Source: Fimbriosthenelais zetlandica
Lineage: Eukaryota
Reading direction: 5' to 3'
NCBI GenBank assembly: GCA_977030845.1
Contig: OZ365109.1
Span: 61,876,001-61,940,000, forward strand
Length of the DNA stretch: 64,000 nucleotides
Part shown: positions 50,901-62,822 of the stretch, one piece after another
How positions within the stretch are numbered: position 1 is the first letter of the stretch
Layout: each line of letters starts with the position of its first letter
Translations under genes and position numbers: made by a program
The notes under the pieces: generated by a model
The model's database searches: none
What the model was told of the DNA's origin: nothing
The model's input: the letters and a program-made list of their open reading frames with translations, nothing else

Positions 50901-52719
50901 TTGGGGCCTGGGATGATGATGATGGTAGGGGAGACCACAGCTGGATGATAATAGGGTGATGATCTTGTCTTTATACACGTGTCATTGGTTCCTGGAGCTC
51001 CATGCTCACCACTCTGACCCTGCTTGTTAAGGGTGTGGTAACAGAATCAAGTCCTTTCTACATTATCTATAGTTGTTAGTGAGCAGTCACAGGTGGGATT
51101 CCAGAACAGCCATATAGCTTATTAGACCTTATATCATTAAAAATTTGCTATATGATGGTTAACGTTTCCCCCATTCTTCTATAAAGGCCGCAAAGTGTAC
51201 CTATTGTTGGTTGTCAATTTGCTTCATTCTCACAGAAGGTAATAGTAATTCTGGTTATAATTTACAGCCTTATTTCCTTTCTTATACATTTCTTATCACC
51301 ACCTGTCTTTAAAAAGATTGCTTTTTACCATTCCTGCAAAATGGTTATTGTCTTGTAAGCCAGGGGAGATAACGTCGTAGCTGATCAAGTGACACAGGCA
51401 AGGCCCGCTTGACTAATATACGATGTCGATGCTGAACCACGTACAGAGCCTGATAATTTTCAGAAATGTGTTTGCGGGAACCATTGTTTGATGAGGAAAT
51501 GACTATAGATTCTCTGACATGTTTGCAGTTGTATGTACAGGCTTGATAGAAAGGAATGCACTGGAGTTCTTTTTGCAGTAGCAGAGTTATATATAGAGGC
51601 TTGTGAAGGAAGTGATAGATAACATTATGGGAAAAGTACACGGCAATAGGGACAGCAAGAAGAGTTGGGTAAAGGGTGTGTTGGGGGGAAAGGGTAGTGG
51701 AAGTCAGAAGATGCTAAGAGTGCCTTCAGCATACTACCATGCACTAATTTGCTATCTCCAACCAAGCTGCTGCTGAGCCTTCTTCCTCCTCCCCCATCCT
51801 CCCTACCCACCCTGCATATATATCACTGAACAGGAAGCTGTGTCGGACTACACCACTATCTGGCGCTCATTTATTGGAGCTAAAACAAGAAAAAGAGGCA
51901 AGCAAGCCTTTGGAAGTGAATAATCCTACACCCATCTTGAATCAGGATATTTGAGACAAGGATCTATTCATGAAAAGTAGATAGGGTTTGTCCAATGAAT
52001 ATTTTAGCAAGGAATTCATCAGGATGCTAGTCTCGTTCCCCATGATTGGTATATGACACCATTTTTTAACATTCGCATCGGATGACTGAGTATTGTCGAC
52101 CTGAGGTAATTGTGCTATAAATTGCAGTTTCTTCCCTCAGTTCACCTTATTCAGGACATGCCAATGGGGTCTGTACGTATTAAAAATTAACCAATGGAAT
52201 AAAAATGCTGCACCGGCCAACCAACAGCTGGGGTGATAATGATGTTGAGCTTACACTTAACTTTGATTTAGATCTGTTTTTCATGGCCCAAATCATGAAC
52301 AATGTCAAGGGCGACAAGCAGAGATAAAAAAACGGAGAAAAAATGGTTGGATGGGAAGAAAGCAAACTGCGGTTCCTAACAATCTTGGTCAGAACACACT
52401 ACATAGTAAGCTATAACTTCCTATGTGATACGGTTACATACAACGATTTCAAGATTTACTCATGTATAGTATACACTGACACTTCTTATAACTCATATCC
52501 ATTGAGGAATCCAATACTGAATATCCAGATATATCTATATACATGGCATTGTACAAAGGGGCAGAACATAAAGCTTGTATCACCAAATTGAAAACCTACC
52601 TTTAATTACTGGCATACATGTGCATTTTGCTACTGGAAGAGCTTATAACTTATTTCACTCGCTAGATGCCCATCAGTCAGCCTTGCCTCGCCTATATATG
52701 TGGTTGATAGATGAAAGCA

Positions 52720-53150
52720 GGAGTGTTTGCAGGGAATCTGGTGCTATGGATGGTCTCTGAAACATGGTCATTTATTGCCAACTCTCGACATCTGTCCTAC
52801 ATATATCACCTACTCTGGCTGCCGCCACCTTGTCAACAACCTTGCGGAGGACACATTCGAGGTGTCACCCAGTCTTCACCCTGCTTCCAGTTTATTGCAA
52901 TATGATATTGCCAAATACAGATATTATATATAGAGACACACTGAAGGACCCTTGCCTATCTGTATGTAAATGATAGCTATGTCTTTCATCCTTATAATCT
53001 TCCACACGAACCATTCATGTCACATTGTCAGGAGGTTCAACTATGAGGTTTTAATCAGGGGAACCTGTGAAATAGACCATTGTTGGCAGTTATCGTCACA
53101 GGACATTATATCGATTGGACATGATGAGGTTTCTAAGATTCCCTTTAAGA
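52720..53150 (+). mobile_element. Possible decayed LINE APE fragment
   Basis: LWMVSETWS (cf. ++SETWL), GGHIRGV and HIVRRFNYEVL (cf. I+GDFN.D+L), in order across frames. Confidence 0.35.
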
Positions 53151-54159
53151 AGAACACAATTTAACAATACAAACATTGTACATACAAACTATTTGGGAGC
53201 ATTGTATTCTAAGCACACGTTACTTGGTCCCAAGTCTAGTATCCCAAGTGTATGAGTTGCAAGCTGGTCATTTTTCAGTTACTTGTTAGGTGAATTCCCG
53301 CTTCCCATGCAGCCAGCGGCTGAGGCGGGTCACGTGCCAGGCTGGGATGCGACCAGGAGCTCGAGCGTGCGCAGAAAACAAATGACATGCTCCCAAAGAG
53401 GTCTTGCCATGGAATGGGGCCCTTTCGGCCGGGCAAGGTCAGAGGAAAATTCACACAGAACTACACTCCCATTTAAATGCTGCATTGAGGAGCATCATCC
53501 ATATTCCAGTGTGTTCTATGGACGCCCTGCTGCCCCATCTCGAAGACACCCAATCAAATCATGACAAATCTAACATGTCATTCAGAATACTGTCTGCTTG
53601 ATAATCGATTAGTAACTCTGTTTTTGGACTGCATCGACACGACTACATAGAAATTACCATCTGATTTTCCGACTGAATATTTTCTCCTTTGGTAAACCAC
53701 ATTATTAATCCTGCAGGACATTGAACCAATTGCTTGGCCATCTATTGGCCTTTTATAAGGACAACATTTGTAATCGGCTTACACTGGGAATGAGCGTAAT
53801 GTCCATCTTATTGCGGTATTTTGTCAGCACCCGAATTGGACACATGCAACTAATTAGCCCTCAATGACAGAGAGGAATCACACTCACCCCATCAATGAAA
53901 AATATCCCTCCGAGGGCCTCCGGTGCAAGACATGTTCGGCATAAATTGTAAATCCCAGTTGCCACCCTCCTGAACAGAGGGAAACGCTAATGGGGCAAAC
54001 CTGCCCGTGCACTCTGTCACTCGGGCGCTCTTTCACCCGACTCAGTGGCCAGAGGCTGGATCTGCAGGCCTTTGATAGCTGGGAGAAGAGGTCTTATCTT
54101 GCACACAGGGTTGCATCGCACCCACTACTGCCTTATGTACGCCCATGTTACGAATGCAG

Positions 54160-54215
54160 AGAGAAATAGAGGAGAGAGAGAGAGAGGGAGGATGGGAGGA
54201 GACAGGAGACAGTAC
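54160..54215. repeat. GA-rich purine tract / (GA)n
   Basis: gagaaatagaggagagagagagagagggaggatgggaggagacaggagacag. Confidence 0.8.
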
Positions 54216-55496
54216 AAAGGATAGATAGGTGAAATGAGAGCAATTTGGCTTTCGGCAGCCATTTAAAGCTAAAAGTCCAAGAGATGATTTCAAGCATTTT
54301 GCTTGACGACATGACAGCATGACAGCAAAATGTTACTTTCAAACGATGAAATAAGTAGGCCGCCCTATAGAAATGCATAATTATTATACATAGTGAGGTT
54401 CCTTGCCATACTTTCTATTCCTATGCCCTGCTCTCCGTGTACCTTATGCATCTGCTCTGTGTGAAGGGAAAAAGAGAATTTGTAAGCCAAGAACTAAGAA
54501 GAGATGTGGGAGCAACTCTCCCTCTCCTGCTCACAGTGATGATGTGTCCTCTCCTCTATGAGATCTACAAGTGAAAAGCGAGGTGTAGAGTGACTATGAT
54601 GGCGGGTCAATGTGATGGCACGGAGGCCGTACGCTGTATGTGTGGCGTTTTTCCCCCGAAGTGTACATATAGGCCTACTATATAATACTGCTCCTAAAAC
54701 GTAAATTGGATGCGACTTCATGTAAACATATTTTAAAACTGTACACTAACATTAAATCTATTTACTTATCTTGAAAAGGTACTAATTTTGAGGTTAAGTT
54801 AATTTACGCCAATCCAACCGTAATACAGCTGCATACCATGAAAGGAGTCCTATTTCAAGTAGGCTGTAGAAAAACCTTCTGTGCTTTTGGCCAAAGTCAT
54901 CTCTTTCTGCGTTAGTGCATTGTTCAGGTTTACAACTTTCCTGAAAGTATAATAATGAGTTAAATATGTACGGTTACATTGATTCACTAAACGAAAAGAA
55001 ACAAAAAAGATATCAAAATGCTGAAAATACATGTGCGTGTCAACGAGTGAGAAAAGAAGAACTGGAACAACACCATTATGGAAGATCTCTCAGTGCAGAC
55101 ACCAAATACGTAATACACCAGGGCCTGTTGCAGAAAGACATTGTTAGACATTAGGCCATATACTTTACACTGGTTAATGTAGCACATCTTTCTTATGAAA
55201 CGGTCCCGAGATGATCGTCAATAGACTGCCCCCCTAAACGAACCAAACCGCAGCTCATCAGTGTCTCAATCCTGAGTTGCACCGTAAAGAAGAACAGGGG
55301 GCGCCAGTGTTCACGCTGCTGGAAAATGTAGGAGCTGAATCAAACGGCCAAGCCTTTTGAAGAGCTTACCCCTTCCTACATCCGGCTGCAATCTGAGGAT
55401 TCTCAGTTGGCATCATACCCGCAGTTGTATCAACAGCAAACGCTGAATCTGGACATAGATAAACACGAAAGCCTCAAAGCCTCTTCCCATCCAGCT

Positions 55497-55550
55497 TCCC
55501 ACCCCCCCCCCCCCCCCCCCACCCCCACCCGCCCCCGCCTTCCTACCCTG
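55497..55550. repeat. Poly-C tract (C19) with flanking C-runs; G-quadruplex / i-motif-capable
   Basis: C x19 at 55502-55520, then ACCCCCACCCGCCCCCGCC. Confidence 0.9.
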
Positions 55551-57619
55551 CCTTTTACTGTCTCTCACTCCCCCTCTGATACAACTTCCTTTTTTACTGT
55601 GGCTTTGGCAACAGATTTAAGAAAAGTGAATACTCCATTTTTTCCTCACTTTCATGAAAGGAAGTGAGGAAACCTTAGGGTACAAGTGATTACAAGGTGG
55701 TGTTAATTTCATGGCACTATTAAAATGACTGCTAACTTCGCTTCTCTTTGCAAAACGTGTGATAATCTCCTCCCATAGTATCTGAAGATCCGGAATTGAT
55801 GAATGATTGGGCCTTTGCGTGAGTCCTTGAGCTTATTCTCAGCTTTCTCTCTTTAATGGGGAATCCGCCTTTTCCTCATCAGAACAATTTTTTCTTGTTC
55901 CCAACGAGATACTCATATGGCCTGCAGAAGCTCTAGGATGATAGGCCAATAAAACTCCCATGCAGTTGAAATGTATCGATTGAAATACGTGTGAGACCTG
56001 CGTGAGATTGTTTTCTCTTTAAACCCGCAATACAGTAAACATGCCTCTGGCTGCTTCCATGCTCCCTCCGGTACAACTGCAGTAGGGTGCACGTGATTCC
56101 CCGGTCCCCTATTGATTCAATCTGAGTGTGAAGAACTGACTCCGTTTTCTGAGAGGTAATGCCAATCACTTATTGCCTAAAGACAATATATATGTATATT
56201 CAAGCAACGTTTTCTTGTCTTGAAATAGGCCTATATACCCATTTGATGATTTCTCTTGAATCTGGTGGGTGTTTTTTTTGTGTTCATCCTGCATTAAGTA
56301 TCATGTGTTGATTCACGTGTTGCATGAGTTCTAATTGTACATACCGTAGAGAGGGATCTCCTTACTCATATCATGTTCAATGAGCTTCTTTTGTGCCCCA
56401 GAAGCATAAATCATCCGCTTGGAGACACAAGCTTCCGTTTTTGATAGGACTTATTGACCATGTGCCCAAGTGTCCATTCTTTGACCTTTGCTGGCCTATA
56501 GGGGACCAGGCAGTCATTCCTTCTGCGTCTTTGGACAAAGAACCATGTGAAGTATGAATCTGATCCCATCGGAGTGGGAATCACACTTGAAGCTCAACTC
56601 TTTTGATCTTTCTGTCTGCCCATGTCTGCCCAGTTTTGATTTCCCTTTTGGATTCGTATAGTATCTCGCATGTTTTGCAGGAGAGGACTAACATACAGAT
56701 GTGAGAAGAGACTTCTTCTATATAAAAGCCAGTTCTGTGCAGTTAGATCATCCTTTACTTATAAAATCGGGAAAGAGACAATGGCATGAGAGTGGTCAAG
56801 TGAATCTACAAAATAGTTAATATATGGAATATGGTTGATATGTTGGTTACGAAACTCATTTGGGAAATGTATGTATACATGGAAACTACATGAAGCACTA
56901 TCGTTTTGTTTAAATAAAATGATTGAGGCATTACATGCCATTTACTGCAGATTGCCTTTCTGTATTAAGTGCGGACATTCAGTAGGAGGTTTACTATATT
57001 AAAACTTGCATACACATGTTGGTTATCATTCCCTGCACTTCACCCTTTCCAGATGTAGCTGAGTGATGGCCTTTCATTCTGTTTTTCCAGTCTATGTACA
57101 TGCAGATGTGTAGTATAACGTTATCTGACTTCTGAGAAGCCTTTCTTAGGGAAGACATTAATGTCTACAGAGAAAGGTGAGATCTTGTGCTGACTATCCT
57201 GAACACCTGCTCCTTTTTATGAAGCACTATGATCAAAATCTGCTGACCACCTCCTTTCTGCCCATGCACACACAATCTAGACCATGGGGGATAATAAAAC
57301 CTCCTGGGACATTTTCCCCCCTTTTCCCCGTCTTCTTGATGGGGTCCACGCTATTGGTTTGTCAAACAAATCACTATGAAAAGCGGATGTCCACTATTGT
57401 GCCCTTCTCTGGCCTTCTCACCAAGGCGCTTGGACCAATGGGCCCAGTGCTGTCTTACGGGGTTAATATATCATCATGCCGTTGCCTTGACAACAGCTCA
57501 GCTATAGAGGTTGGTCGACACCAGTGCCATCAGTCCTAGGCCAACAGCTCTAGGAAGGTAGTCTTCCAGTGATACCCATTGTAAAATATTGGGGACCCTT
57601 TTAATCACCCGACTTTCAA

Positions 57620-58140
57620 ACGCCAACCGCTCGGATGATTAAGGAGGACTTCTCTTGGCAGGTCCCCTTTTAATGCAAGCCTGCTGGAAGGACTACCTAG
57701 ACAAGTATGTTTGGGTGGGTCTAAAATACCCTCCAGTTACACAGGACAAAAGCCAGGCAAGCTGTTGGACTTGGCTGACCTGCATCGTATTGACCTGGTT
57801 GTTCTCAAAACAATTGATGGATTATGCCGAGCCAAGAGGACAGGATTTAGAATGGGGAACATAAATCTCCTTAACATGGTGTGTTCATTTCTAAATTTAT
57901 GGTCGAGATTTTTATCCATGGACTTTCCACATTACATGACGTCTACACAAACTCATGAAAACTCTTCTATGTGGGGAAGGGACGTTTAGTACAAGAGCAT
58001 CACTAGAATAATGTCTTGTATACTTGCATTGAGAATCTATTTTGAAATCCGCCCTTGGGCTATCATAATATATAGGAGGTTGTCTTCCTGGAGGTAATAC
58101 AGTTCTTTCTCCCAGGGACTTGATTGCCTTTGGCACTATC
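57620..58140 (+). mobile_element. Decayed RTE-clade LINE RT fragment
   Basis: PFNASLLEG (cf. I.AELLKAG); KPGKLLDLADLHRI...KTIDGLCRAKRTGFRMG (cf. PGK+...+L.RI...+D..L...Q.GFR.G); EIFIHGLSTLHDV (cf. FIDF.KAFDSV); GCLPGGNTVLSP (cf. GVRQGC.LSP). Confidence 0.5.
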
Positions 58141-59166
58141 GGAGGCGATCCAGTTGTGTCTCACTGATTGAGGTGTTCGATCGCATCATTTAAGAAAACC
58201 CATAATGATTTAAGGGATCTCTATGCTGGTTATGAGTAAGATCACCAGTAAGATCACCAGCATCTGCAGCTCAAGACAACATTTTGTGATATGCCAAATT
58301 GTGGCCGTTTAAGCCTTGAGTTGCGTGTGTTTGCGCGCGATTGAAAATTAATGAGTCTGAAGAGCATATCACTTACGACCAGTGCAAGCGGCCCCCAATA
58401 TCAAATCGTAGGATGTCAGGCGAGGCCTGTTATCATTCAACAGATCTGGAAGATCAATGATAGCATGCAGGGAGAGGGATCGGGCTACTGCCAGACAGCC
58501 CCTCATCGCAGTCAGAAATTGACATGAATATTACAGCGATTAAGCATTTCTATGGGAAAGGTAACACATAATACTGGGCTGACTGAAGTGTGCGTCTCTG
58601 TGTGTGTAACCCACAATCAACCTCAGTGACAGAAACTGTTGTGAGAGGTTGCTAGCCATACATTTTTCTGACTGTTTTATGTAATGTTTGTTGTTCCATG
58701 AAAAATCAAACATGTTCTATGGGACAAAAGGCATGTACCTTTGTTAGTCATATCATAGCCTAGGTGCTTCATCAAAGGCCTTGTGTTGACTTGCAGCTGC
58801 TGTACTCTATTGTATATGACTATGTATACCATGAAAGCCTATTATTGAACTACATAAAGAATCTAATTATAGAAGAATATCTTCTCCCGTCTAATTCATT
58901 TAGAAATCGATAATTTGCTTTCGTTCAAAGCTTAATTCAGTTATAAGAGTGCATCAACGTTTCAGGTCTGTTGTGGATCACGTTTGATATGAAGGAGTCT
59001 TCGTATTATATGATCTTCAGCTTGAATATAACATATCAGATTTTGCTCTAAAACGTATTTCCAGCGATATAATTATTAGTTTATGAAAAATAAAGGTTAA
59101 TTATGCACATATGTATATAAATCGATGTAATTGTACTAACCTATTGTATGATTTTATGTCTTTCAG

Positions 59167-59256
59167 AGAGGTACATGCCGAGAATAAAATGTGAATATAT
59201 CAGCTACTTAAAATCCATGGATAGAGACGGACTTGGGCCCACTGAGGCTATTTTAT
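59167..59256 (+). CDS. CACNG5/7-like: TARP/CACNG5/7-like coding exon 2 (second Cys of extracellular loop 1)
   Basis: Perfect branch point TACTAAC 59134-59140, pyrimidine-rich tract, acceptor tttcAG at 59165-66, 90-nt phase 1-1 exon (E)RYMPRIKCEYISYLKSMDRDGLGPTEAIL, donor T|GTATGT at 59257. It supplies the conserved Cys and C..I.Y pattern and joins exons 1 and 3 in frame. Too short for the ORF track. Confidence 0.9.
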
Positions 59257-62200
59257 GTATGTATACCTCACCTTTCTATTTCATTTAAGAATAGTTTGCA
59301 TAATAATGTTGCATTTCGACAGTTTATAAGATATTGGATTTTCCAAGATATATCAGTACAGGCTTTGCATAGTATGGTCTATAGACCTTTTCTATTATAT
59401 TCAAATAGATCCCTACAACAAATACCTAGGCAAGACCGACAAGTACAGTTTTCATACATGTTTGATAGGCCTTCCAGATTTAATTAGGGGAACAGATTTA
59501 TATCTGAAGCCAGAGACCCATCGTCCAAGACAAGAGTCTAGCTTGTAAGATCCCCTTGTCAAGCAAGCTATTCATCAGATTAAATCTGCCAAGCAAAACA
59601 ATCTTTTCTCGGTAGAGAATTCAATCATCGGAGTATCATAAATTCCCATTCTTAGCTAATTATATAATCTTAGATGCCATTCCTCAGGACAATCTACTTA
59701 CATGTAATCTTATCGAAGATCAGAGTAAAACTTCTAAAGCAGACCCCTGGCTTACATTTGACACAATGTATTGACTGACACCCGGGAACACATTGACGGA
59801 TTTATTTTGGAAATCTTCTTCGGTGGAATGTTTTATAACTATTTAAGCATGTGAATCAATCTCGATTCAAAAGCTGCCCTCTTTTTTACCATGTTACAAT
59901 GGCACTTCCAATATTGGAGGAGCAGTTAGCTTTTCAAAAGCATTCTGTCTCAATATTGCTTGTCATCTTGACATAAATACATTTAAATATTTTGGTCTCA
60001 TACCTCGCGAAGACACCCGCCAATGGAAATACGGTTGGAAATGAAATCTCTTAAAGCTGTTCTTTCAAAATCAATCTTCGTAACTAATCGAGCATTGTTA
60101 CCCGCGACACTCGAACGATGGAAACATTGAAGTGAGCGAATTCTCCCCTGGGGCCCTATATTTGATTAAAATGTCAAGGTCGCCAGACAAGGTCATGAGC
60201 TGCCACTGTACGTTTACCAAGCCAAAAGAGGCAAATATTGAACAATAGTACCGACATCCGAGTGGTGTTGAACCAGTTCACTCGACTAACTTGTTTGCTT
60301 TCCTATTTGTTTTCATTCCAAAATAAATTGACTACTCTTTGTCATTTCACAATCTCAACGGAATGTCCTCTCCATCTTAATCTCATTGCCTGCCCATCAG
60401 TGTCTGGGATATAACGCACATCTTGCTCAGTGAAATAAGCTTAATCCCAGATATTGCCACGTAAGGAAGGGATGGGCCCTTTAAGGGAGAGGTTGACTCT
60501 CACATTACAAATTCCTCAATGGGAGAAACACCCAGATAAAATGCTTACCACTATGGGTACTTGTAGTCCAGGGCCATGACCTACACTAGAACCATTTCAC
60601 TTACCAGTCATTTCTAAGGGCTGTGCCATTGGAGCATGATTGTTTCCTTTTGCTGTTATCAATTGCTACCATTACTTCCTCAATACAGATTTTCTGACTC
60701 ACAGGGGCAGAACAGGATGAAAGAAACTTCCTGGATCACTTTAAGACTGCTTTGAACGCCTAGGCTTGCCACTCAGTTAATTCACGTTTTTGATCAAATG
60801 GAATTTCCTCCAGTATCTTCCAATAGTCAATTTCTTAAATAAGTGGAGTCAGAAATTGAAAATGAATATTGAACCGACTTCAATTCAATACAACCCATTG
60901 GAAGAACAAAAATGATATAATGATGTGATACATTATTTTTGCTTATAATATACATATATAATGCCGTTATCCACTAAATTCTAAAAGTGGATGCTAGGAT
61001 TTGAAATACCAATGTTATTATCAAACCTGCTACCATACCTTTGGAACCAATGACCTTCACTGGAATGAAATCCCAGTCACTCTGTCATAATTCTACGCCA
61101 AGCAGCCCTTTTTCCATTTGATTCCAAGCCAACTTGGAGCTGCATAGCAATGAGGCGTAGCACCTCCACAATTGAGGCAGGGCCAGGGTATCTTATCACT
61201 GGAGGCATTGCCATCTTGGCTTTTGGTGTGTCTCCGGGGATGGGAGGCGGACATTAGAGGCTGGCCGCAGCGTTAGACCATTACTTTCCTTCACTCCAGG
61301 GCTCCGCTTGGGGTGAGGTGAGCAGCTCTTCTGTATTAGATGTTTACCACAAGGCAGTGTAGGGACTGGAGCTGCCGGCGTTTTAATTCTCACCCTACAA
61401 ACAAATTGTTGATGCTTTAATAGGGCAGGGGGATCCCGTAAAGCCTGCGTGCCAAGTAAACACCTGCCGCAGGGCAGCCATTAAGAGAGGATGTCATGGT
61501 GTAATGGGTTTAAACCAGATAGGTTTCTGGAGAACAAATTACCACCCGCGAGTGTGCTGCAAAGAAGTGGGTGAATGTATTTCACTCCCCGCCTACTCCC
61601 TCCTTCCTCATGTACAGCCTGGGTTTTTTCCTTAATGTGAAATAATATCCCAGCTTTATGCTTTCTTCTTATTCCCACTCCCCATCCCCTTTCTCCATCT
61701 CATTTGGTAGTAGAGTGAATATAAAAATACAAACATAAAAATAAAAAGAAAAGACTGCACAAACCAAGGATCCCGGTCTGTTATAAATCCCCTGGTGTCA
61801 TTTACAGGCGGCTAGCTTTATATCATACAGATGTCTGGGATAAGACAGGGATGAGTGTTAAGCTCTCTACTATTCTCCTACTCGGCTCTAATCTAGACTT
61901 AGACACTGAGGTTAGGATATTCATCTTGTGCTTTCTCCCACTGAGGCCGGAATACTCTGAGCTTATTAAGGGAGCCAGAGCATAGACTTCTGCCTAGTTA
62001 AGATGCAGAAGCAAACATTCCCTAGTGCTGACCTTCAGGGTCCTCCCTCACCTCCTGCCGAACACATACACACAGTTTACCGGAGGTTGTCCTCCCAGCT
62101 TCATCTTAAATCTCCAGAAGCCACACAGTCAAGTGACAAGTTTTCTACATCGAATGGTCAACCAAACCTGTTTCATCTGGAACCTGTTTCAAAAGGAATA

Positions 62201-62681
62201 TTAGCAATGCTATTAAGTCTATTATTAGTTTTGAAACAGGATACTTGTTGACGATCAAATGTACAAAAATCTGATTGAATTTGATGGTGACAATACAAAG
62301 TAAAACTTGGTTTGCACCGATGTTCTAATGCGAGAATGAGACGGTTTAATTAATCCTAAACAGCGCAATTTTTGCCTCATTAGGTATAGGACTCTAGATT
62401 ATTTTTTGGACTCTTCCTGCAAGAATTGCTAACTTTAGTTCATTCAGAACCCAATGAACATGTATTACAATATCCCCCTCGGTCAGCAAGAAATGGAACT
62501 GATTGAATGGTATTTTACCCCTTTAATCTCATTCCACGCCAACCTTTGCCTTACGCATGTACCTGTGAATTGCCTGGAAACCTATTTCACTATAATGAAT
62601 TTCATCAACGCCATGTTCAATTAACTGTTATTAATGTCATCCACTTTTAACTAATCGTGTTCCTTGTTTTTTATATTTCAG
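59257..62681 (+). other. Intron 2 of the TARP gene (~3.4 kb)
   Basis: GTATGT...tttcAG between in-frame exons. Confidence 0.88.
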
Positions 62682-62822
62682 TATCCATGAGGCGTGCCAC
62701 ATTATTCCCATTAATAAGCTTACTCATTTTGCTGGTGGGAGAGATAGTATGTTTCCTTGGTCATTGCAATCATAAAAGGAAGGTACTAACATTTGTGGCA
62801 GGTATTCTCTATGTAGTGGGAG
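62682..62822 (+). CDS. CACNG5/7-like: TARP/CACNG5/7-like coding exon 3 (TM2, intracellular loop, start of TM3)
   Basis: Branch-like CTAAT 62651-55, T-rich tract, tttcAG 62680-81, 141-nt phase 1-1 exon (L)SMRRATLFPLISLLILLVGEIVCFLGHCNHKRKVLTFVAGILYVVG(G), donor G|GTAAGC at 62823. Confidence 0.93.

Larger units (their letters stand above)
13486..59166 (+). other. Intron 1 of the TARP gene (~45.7 kb)
   Basis: GTATGT...tttcAG between in-frame exons. No other convincing coding exon was found inside it. Confidence 0.85.
13293..62822 (+). other. CACNG5/7-like: Partial gene model (3'-truncated by window): TARP / voltage-dependent calcium channel gamma-5/gamma-7-like subunit, join(13293-13485,59167-59256,62682-62822)
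   Basis: Spliced product reads without stops: MGCCGKKKLLMIMTSVCACASFAFLCIAVATDYWLYAEEKVTDSNGTELQMKTITGLWRKCVDDG/ERYMPRIKCEYISYLKSMDRDGLGPTEAIL/LSMRRATLFPLISLLILLVGEIVCFLGHCNHKRKVLTFVAGILYVVGG. It has the IAV.TDYWLY, GLWR.C...C, R.AT.FP and L.FV.GI motifs of CACNG5/7. TM3-TM4 and C-tail exons (Y.YGWSF expected) were not found up to 64000. Confidence 0.93.

Noticed and set aside
56340-56700. Coding-like - strand segment ending in a G|GTATGT donor
   Set aside because: No acceptor, stops in every frame and no recognisable domain. Left unassigned.
57750-58000. Serine-recombinase-like IDLVVLKTIDGLCR and GIY-YIG-like LFYVGKG strings
   Set aside because: Both are better explained as parts of a colinear RTE-type RT fossil.
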